Assembly (NCBI RefSeq): GCF_000011805.1
Contig: NC_006840.2
Direction: 5' to 3' (one strand)
DNA length: 32,000 bases
DNA from: Aliivibrio fischeri ES114
Lineage (GTDB): Bacteria > Pseudomonadota > Gammaproteobacteria > Enterobacterales > Vibrionaceae
Part shown: positions 27,377 through 32,000 of the stretch, piece after piece
Layout: each line of letters begins with the position of its first letter
Position numbering within the stretch: position 1 is the first letter of the stretch
The notes under the pieces: generated by a model
What the model saw: only the letters and a program-made list of their open reading frames with translations
What the model was told of the DNA's origin: nothing
Databases searched by the model: none
Translations under genes and position numbers: made by a program

Positions 27377-27496
27377 GATTCTTTCCTAATAAGTCATAAA
27401 TCTTGGTAGATAATAGCGAAGATAGCACAACAAAGTGGTCAGCTTTCCTATAAGTCGTTAAAATCCGACGTAGATTATCTTTAATGGTACAAATTT

Positions 27497-29539
27497 ATGT
27501 CACAAAACCACATTTTACCACAAAACAGCATCACTAATGCAGTCCTTGAATGGAATGAGTCTGGAACACCCGTCTCAAATGATTTTGATGACGTGTATTT
27601 TTCTAACGATAATGGGTTAGAAGAAACACGTTATGTTTTCTTACAACAAAATCATCTTCCACAAAGATGGCAAGAATATGACCAGCGTCGTTTTGTGATT
27701 GGTGAAACAGGATTTGGGACTGGATTAAACTTTCTTGCTGTATGGCAATGGTTCAAAGAGTTCCGCTCACAATATCCTGATGCTCCTTTAAAAGAGCTTC
27801 ACTTTGTTAGCTTTGAAAAATTCCCAGTTACTAAATCTGATTTAATTAAAGCTCATCAAGCGTGGCCAGAATTGGCTCAATTTGCTGAACAGTTACAAGA
27901 ACACTACCCAGCTGCCGTACCTGATTGCCATCGTTTAGTACTAGAAGACGGCATGATAACACTTGATCTCTGGTTTGGTGACATAAAAGATTGCATGCCT
28001 CAAATCTGGATGGACGATAAAGGGTTAATTGATGCATGGTTCCTCGATGGTTTTGCACCAAGTAAAAACCCTGAGATGTGGAATCAAACTCTGTTTAATA
28101 ACATGGCAAGCCTAGCTAAAAAAGGCTGCACCTGTGCAACGTTTACTGCAGCGGGATTTGTTCGTAGAGGCCTAATTGAAGCTGGCTTTGATATGAAGAA
28201 AGTCAAAGGCTTTGGGCATAAACGCGAAATGATTGCAGGCACATTAACGGAGCGTACAACCAAAGCAAACCACGAAGTATGGTATGCCCGCTCAACCAAA
28301 GAAAACATCACTGACGTTGCTATTATCGGGGGAGGTGTTGCTAGTGCTGCATTAGCGACAACCTTAATTAGACGTGGTGTAAAAGTGAGTGTTTACTGCA
28401 AAGATGAGAAATCAGCACAAGGGGCATCAGGTAACAAACAAGGTGCCGTATATCCACTGCTTAATGAGAAATTCAATTCCCTTTCTCGTTTTTTTGCTCC
28501 AGGATTTATTTTTGCTCGTCAATTCATCGACCAAGCAGCCAAACACGTAGAATTTGATCATGATTGGTGTGGTGTTACCCAGTTAAAATGGGATGAAAAA
28601 TCCGCCAATAAGCTAAATAAAATGCTTGAGGGAAATTTCCCTAATGAACTTGTTTCTTCTTTTGATATTGATAAAACCAATCAAATGGTTGGATTACCGA
28701 TTAATATGGAAAGTGTCCACTACTCATTAGGTGGCTGGTTATGTCCAAAACAATTAACTCGCGGATTATTTGAACATTTATCAAATAACCCACTGTTCAC
28801 TCTGCATTGTGATTCAGAAATAATCGCATTAACACAGAACGAAGAACAACAATGGCTTCTATCAACAGATAGCAACGCTTACCAACATCAAGCCGTTGTG
28901 GTTGCAAATGGGCACAGATTTACTGATTTTGAGCAAACTAAAGACATTCCAGCAACGCCTGTTCGTGGACAAGTCAGTCATATTCCAACGACAGAATCAC
29001 TAAAAAATCTGAAAACCGTATTATGTTATGACGGTTACTTAACGCCTGAAAACAGCAAACATCAGACTCATTGTATTGGTGCTAGTTATGATCGTCGTGA
29101 TTTAGATCTTGCATTTAAAGAGTCAGATCAAATCGAAAATGGCGAGAGATTACGAAAATGTGTTCCAAACGAGGTATGGCCAAACGACGTTGATACTAGC
29201 GATAACCAAGCTCGTGTAGGCATTCGATGTGCTAGTCGTGATCACCTACCATTTATCGGAAACGTGGTACGTTTTGAAGAGATGCAAGAAGAATACAAAA
29301 ACATCTATAAGAAACGCCACTGGTTACGTGAAGCTAAAGATATCCCTGTTTATGAAGGTTTATTCTGCATGTTAACACTGGGATCAAGAGGATTGAGCTC
29401 TGCACCATTATTGGCTGAAGCCTTAGCATCACAAATTATGGGTGACCCAATTCCACTACCAAATTCAGTGCTTGAAGGATTACACCCAGGAAGATTATGG
29501 GTGAGAAGATTACTGAAAGGGAAACCGTTGGATATTTAA
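27497..29539 (+). CDS. mnmC: Bifunctional tRNA mnm5s2U34 methyltransferase / FAD-dependent cmnm5s2U34 oxidoreductase
   Basis: 680 aa. The N-terminal SAM-MTase (DUF752-type) domain includes [17 protein letters not shown]. The C-terminal DAO-type domain has FAD motif [14 protein letters not shown]. Confidence 0.92.
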   Translation: MSQNHILPQNSITNAVLEWNESGTPVSNDFDDVYFSNDNGLEETRYVFLQQNHLPQRWQEYDQRRFVIGETGFGTGLNFLAVWQWFKEFRSQYPDAPLKELHFVSFEKFPVTKSDLIKAHQAWPELAQFAEQLQEHYPAAVPDCHRLVLEDGMITLDLWFGDIKDCMPQIWMDDKGLIDAWFLDGFAPSKNPEMWNQTLFNNMASLAKKGCTCATFTAAGFVRRGLIEAGFDMKKVKGFGHKREMIAGTLTERTTKANHEVWYARSTKENITDVAIIGGGVASAALATTLIRRGVKVSVYCKDEKSAQGASGNKQGAVYPLLNEKFNSLSRFFAPGFIFARQFIDQAAKHVEFDHDWCGVTQLKWDEKSANKLNKMLEGNFPNELVSSFDIDKTNQMVGLPINMESVHYSLGGWLCPKQLTRGLFEHLSNNPLFTLHCDSEIIALTQNEEQQWLLSTDSNAYQHQAVVVANGHRFTDFEQTKDIPATPVRGQVSHIPTTESLKNLKTVLCYDGYLTPENSKHQTHCIGASYDRRDLDLAFKESDQIENGERLRKCVPNEVWPNDVDTSDNQARVGIRCASRDHLPFIGNVVRFEEMQEEYKNIYKKRHWLREAKDIPVYEGLFCMLTLGSRGLSSAPLLAEALASQIMGDPIPLPNSVLEGLHPGRLWVRRLLKGKPLDI

Positions 29540-29544
29540 GGAAA

Positions 29545-29671
29545 GTAAGAGCAGGGACTAGGCCGGTCGCTAGCTCCCTTTCTGGTTTCAGGGGGCTAGT
29601 TGTAAGCGATGAACTCACAACAAACTCCCCTGAATCCTTTAAGCGAAGCGATCTGAACCCTGCTCTGTTAC
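29545..29671. other. GC-rich, highly structured intergenic element (candidate dispersed repeat, sRNA or complex convergent terminator)
   Basis: It fills the gap between the mnmC stop (29539) and the transglycosylase stop (29668). My hand count gives 63/119 G+C over 29548-29666, about 53%, against a visibly AT-rich background.
- Outer 9-bp helix: agagcaggg (29548-29556) / ccctgctct (29658-29666).
- Inner 8-bp helix: ttcagggg (29587-29594) / cccctgaa (29627-29634), extendable to 11 bp with one mismatch.
- Enclosed by that: gttgt (29599-29603) / acaac (29617-21).
- A further ggga-ctag/ctagctccc hairpin at 29554-29579.
No U-tract on either strand. Confidence 0.5.
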
Positions 29672-30645
29672 TTAATCGAATCAGCCAAGTGACTTACCGC
29701 TAACGCAAAATAATGCGAACGGTTCCAATCCATTAATACTTGGTAGTTGTTATATACAAGGTACGCTCGACCATCTTTATCATCCGGTTGAACTAGCCAT
29801 GCTTTAATATCTGCATCAGGTAATGCTTTACCTGTTAAACGACGAACACCTAGCTCTTGCCATTGTGCTAACGTCTTACCTTTTTCTTCAGACAACCCTT
29901 TTAGGCTTTCTGCATCCAAAGATTCAGGCAATTGCACTTGACGTCCCCATGTATAAGTATCGTCCCAACCTACTTGTTTTAAGTAATTAGCGGCGGAAGC
30001 AAATACATCGGCATGTGTATTCCAAATGTCTTTTTTTCCATCACCATTTCCATCAACAGCATAAGATAAAAATGATGTTGGCATAAATTGGCATTGACCC
30101 ATTGCACCAGCCCATGAGCCTTTCATGTTTTCAGGTGTAATGTGGCCTTGCTGTAAAATGGTCAATGCAGCCATGGTTTGTTTTTTGAAGAACGCTTCAC
30201 GACGACCGTCATAAGCCAACGTCGTTAATGCTTCAATAACGTTATAACCACCCGTTAATTTACCAAAGTTACTTTCAACACCCCATAATGCAACAATAAA
30301 TCGAGGTTGAACGCCATACTCTTCACCAATTCGATTTAACACTTTGTAGTGTTTTTTATATAAATCGTTCGCTTGCTTAATTTTCCATTTTGGCACAGCT
30401 CGTGGAATATATTCATCCAGAGTTAACTTCTTCTCTGGTTGATTGCGATCTGATTTTACTGCTTTCTCTTTAAATGCAACGTTTTTAAATGCACGTTCTA
30501 AAATCGGTTCTGAAATCCCAATTTCCCGTGCTTCATTTTTCAACCCAACAATGTAATCTTGAAAGTCGCCTTCAGGTGTTGCTGATGCTGATGCTGATGT
30601 TGCCAAAAATAAACTGACTATCCCTAGCAGTAATTTTTTCTTCAT
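29668..30645 (-). CDS. Soluble lytic murein transglycosylase (MltB/SLT_2 family)
   Basis: 325 aa with a signal peptide MKKKLLLGIVSLFLATSASASA and no lipobox. Catalytic Glu context ALWGVESNFG, plus the downstream AGAMGQCQFMP motif typical of the MltB-like family. Confidence 0.85.
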   Translation of the reverse strand: MKKKLLLGIVSLFLATSASASATPEGDFQDYIVGLKNEAREIGISEPILERAFKNVAFKEKAVKSDRNQPEKKLTLDEYIPRAVPKWKIKQANDLYKKHYKVLNRIGEEYGVQPRFIVALWGVESNFGKLTGGYNVIEALTTLAYDGRREAFFKKQTMAALTILQQGHITPENMKGSWAGAMGQCQFMPTSFLSYAVDGNGDGKKDIWNTHADVFASAANYLKQVGWDDTYTWGRQVQLPESLDAESLKGLSEEKGKTLAQWQELGVRRLTGKALPDADIKAWLVQPDDKDGRAYLVYNNYQVLMDWNRSHYFALAVSHLADSIK

Positions 30646-30671
30646 ATAATTAATTCTCTTCTCTTGCTGCT

Positions 30672-30932
30672 TTATCTTTTTTTGTATTTTTCAAGCAGGT
30701 TTTCAGGTGGTGGTGGTAACTGCAAAAAGAATCCATTTTCTTTTATTGCTGCTTTTACTTTTTCTACATCAACTGAAGCCAGTTTTCTGCCTTCTAAATT
30801 TACCACCATTACCATGGTTGGTGTACCGAACATCGCCATGAGTTCTTGCGGTACAGGAGCAAAATCATCTTTTTTCTCAATATAAAGATAAGCACCTTGT
30901 TTTTTCGTACTTTTATAAATAGAACAAAACAT
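30672..30932 (-). CDS. ycgL: YcgL-domain protein (UPF0745)
   Basis: 86 aa. [32 protein letters not shown]...[13 protein letters not shown] closely parallels E. coli YcgL. Divergent from minC as in E. coli. Only 26 nt separate it from the downstream transglycosylase gene, so they are likely co-transcribed. Confidence 0.9.
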
Positions 30933-31116
30933 TTTATAACCTATTTTTTGAAAGGGTTGCTCTTGCTCTCAACTTATTTCAAATGATTAATGTCTATTTG
31001 GTGAGAGGCTTGCTAAAAAGTAGACTTCTGACAATAAGATAACTTGCTGTACAGTCGAAGTGACTATAACATGGTATCAGATTTGTGGTATTAAAATTAT
31101 CAAGATACAGAATAGT

Positions 31117-31782
31117 ATGACAAAAACAGCCGATTTAAAGGGCAGTAATTTCACCCTTTCAGTATTACATTTGCCTAATGATGACGTTGCCTTAGCATTA
31201 AGTATGCTTGAGCAAAAAGTGGCACAAGCGCCTTCTTTTTTTGCTTCTGCACCCGTTGTCGTTAACATTGAAAATGTATCGAATGAAATTAACTTTGTTG
31301 AGCTAAAATCTGGAGTCGAACGTACCGGCATGATTCCTGTTGGAATTACAGGCTGTAAAGATAAACAAAAGCAAGCTCAAGCGACGGCTGCAGGCTTTGC
31401 GGTAATGACGTCTTTTACACCTCAACAAGTAACGCAAAAAGCAAATATGCAACCAACGAAAGTCGTAAAAACACCGATTCGTTCAGGTCAGCAAATTTAT
31501 GCGAAAGATGCCGATCTTGTGATCTTAAATCACGTAAGCCCAGGCGCTGAAGTGATAGCAGATGGCAGTATACATATTCACGGTACATTACGCGGCAGAG
31601 CAATCGCTGGTGCGAGTGGCCAAGCAGAAGCAAAAGTCTTCTGTAAAAACTTACAAGCTGAGCTAATTTCCATTGCGGGTAATTATTGGCTAAGCGATCA
31701 AATTGACAAAGAGTATTGGCATCAAAATGTCATGATCACTATGGTTGAAGACCGTATTCAGATCGATACCCTAACGTTATAG
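31117..31782 (+). CDS. minC: Septum site-determining protein MinC
   Basis: [19 protein letters not shown]... aligns with the E. coli MinC N-terminus (ELKGSSFTLSVVHL). The C-terminal beta-helix contains [35 protein letters not shown]. Start set at ATG 31117. The track GTG at 31060 adds 19 non-homologous residues. Confidence 0.92.
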   Translation: MTKTADLKGSNFTLSVLHLPNDDVALALSMLEQKVAQAPSFFASAPVVVNIENVSNEINFVELKSGVERTGMIPVGITGCKDKQKQAQATAAGFAVMTSFTPQQVTQKANMQPTKVVKTPIRSGQQIYAKDADLVILNHVSPGAEVIADGSIHIHGTLRGRAIAGASGQAEAKVFCKNLQAELISIAGNYWLSDQIDKEYWHQNVMITMVEDRIQIDTLTL

Positions 31783-31807
31783 CACAATAGAAAAAGGAAT
31801 AATAAAA

Positions 31808-32000
31808 ATGGCACGTATTGTCGTTGTGACTTCAGGCAAAGGTGGCGTAGGTAAAACTACTTCTAGCTCTGCAATTGCATCGGGTCTTGCATTGGCTGGC
31901 AAAAAAACTGCGGTAATCGATTTTGATATTGGTTTACGTAACCTTGACCTAATTATGGGTTGTGAGCGTCGTGTTGTTTACGATTTTGTAAACGTTATTA
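31808..32000 (+). CDS. minD: Septum site-determining ATPase MinD (5' part; continues beyond window)
   Basis: ATG at 31808 preceded by AAGGA. It encodes [64 protein letters not shown] (deviant Walker A). It is not in the supplied ORF track because it runs off the window. Confidence 0.95.
   Translation, partial: MARIVVVTSGKGGVGKTTSSSAIASGLALAGKKTAVIDFDIGLRNLDLIMGCERRVVYDFVNVI

Noticed and set aside
27429-27445. Possible FadR operator upstream of fabB (fabB-sense AAGCTGACCACTTTGTT)
   Set aside because: It resembles my recollection of the E. coli fabB FadR site (AACTGATCGGACTTGTT) only with an indel, and it fits the TGGTCNGACC core poorly. That is insufficient to call without a PWM scan or EMSA.
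29545-29671. Calling the structured element an ERIC/IRU copy or an integron attC/VCR site
   Set aside because: Only short patches (AAGTAAG, TGTAAGC/GCTTACA) resemble what I recall of ERIC, and the central CCCCAG/CTGGGG hairpin is not reproduced. The ends do not fit attC core sites (GTTACTT is not GTTRRRY) and no integrase or cassette context exists. It is kept as an unclassified element.
29436-29703. 60-aa (-) and 68-aa (+) ORFs spanning the mnmC/transglycosylase gap
   Set aside because: Both overlap the ends of well-supported genes and run through the GC-rich structured element. They have no RBS, and the sequence is better explained as RNA/DNA structure.
1-32000. Searched for mobile elements, prophage remnants, toxin-antitoxin pairs, defence genes, tRNA/rRNA and compositional islands
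   Set aside because: None found. Every gap between called genes is at most about 240 bp. All large ORFs are housekeeping or ordinary accessory functions, and composition looks uniform apart from the 29545-29671 element.

Overview
AT-rich gammaproteobacterial chromosome. Gene content and order point to Vibrionaceae, and it looks Aliivibrio/Vibrio-like; that is inference from protein recognition, since no search was run. I count 29 CDS (2 truncated by the window edges), mostly on the minus strand. I found no tRNA, rRNA, CRISPR array, transposase, integrase or phage gene.

The window is a mosaic of three housekeeping blocks that keep E. coli gene order:
- ybaN-apt-dnaX-ybaB-recR
- purF-cvpA-dedD-folC-accD-truA-[hubP]-asd/usg-pdxB-fabB, with mnmC divergent from fabB
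- ycgL, with minC-minD divergent from it

Lineage-specific genes sit between the blocks: an orphan secreted protein, an EamA permease, an ALDH, a dGTPase-like HD protein, DTW/TapT, a rhombosortase-like protease, an RssB-like response regulator, a LysR regulator, the very acidic polar-landmark protein HubP/FimV, and a soluble MltB-type transglycosylase.

I see no defence island or mobile element and no convincing multi-gene novel system. Items worth a second look:
1. A 434-aa secreted orphan with a His-then-Cys (permuted papain/CHAP-like) N-domain and a four-fold repeat C-domain.
2. A ~125-nt element of ~53% GC with nested helices that fills the mnmC/transglycosylase convergent gap.
3. An in-frame A_AAA_AAG -1 frameshift site in dnaX at the position homologous to the E. 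coli tau/gamma site.
4. Exact 279-bp and 72/75-bp in-frame tandem repeats inside hubP.
5. Intrinsic terminators placed directly against the next gene's start region (ybaB|recR, ALDH|EamA).
6. A PurR operator overlapping the dedD stop codon.
7. A recurring ATACCAAT/ATTGGTAT-armed hairpin in several intergenic regions.
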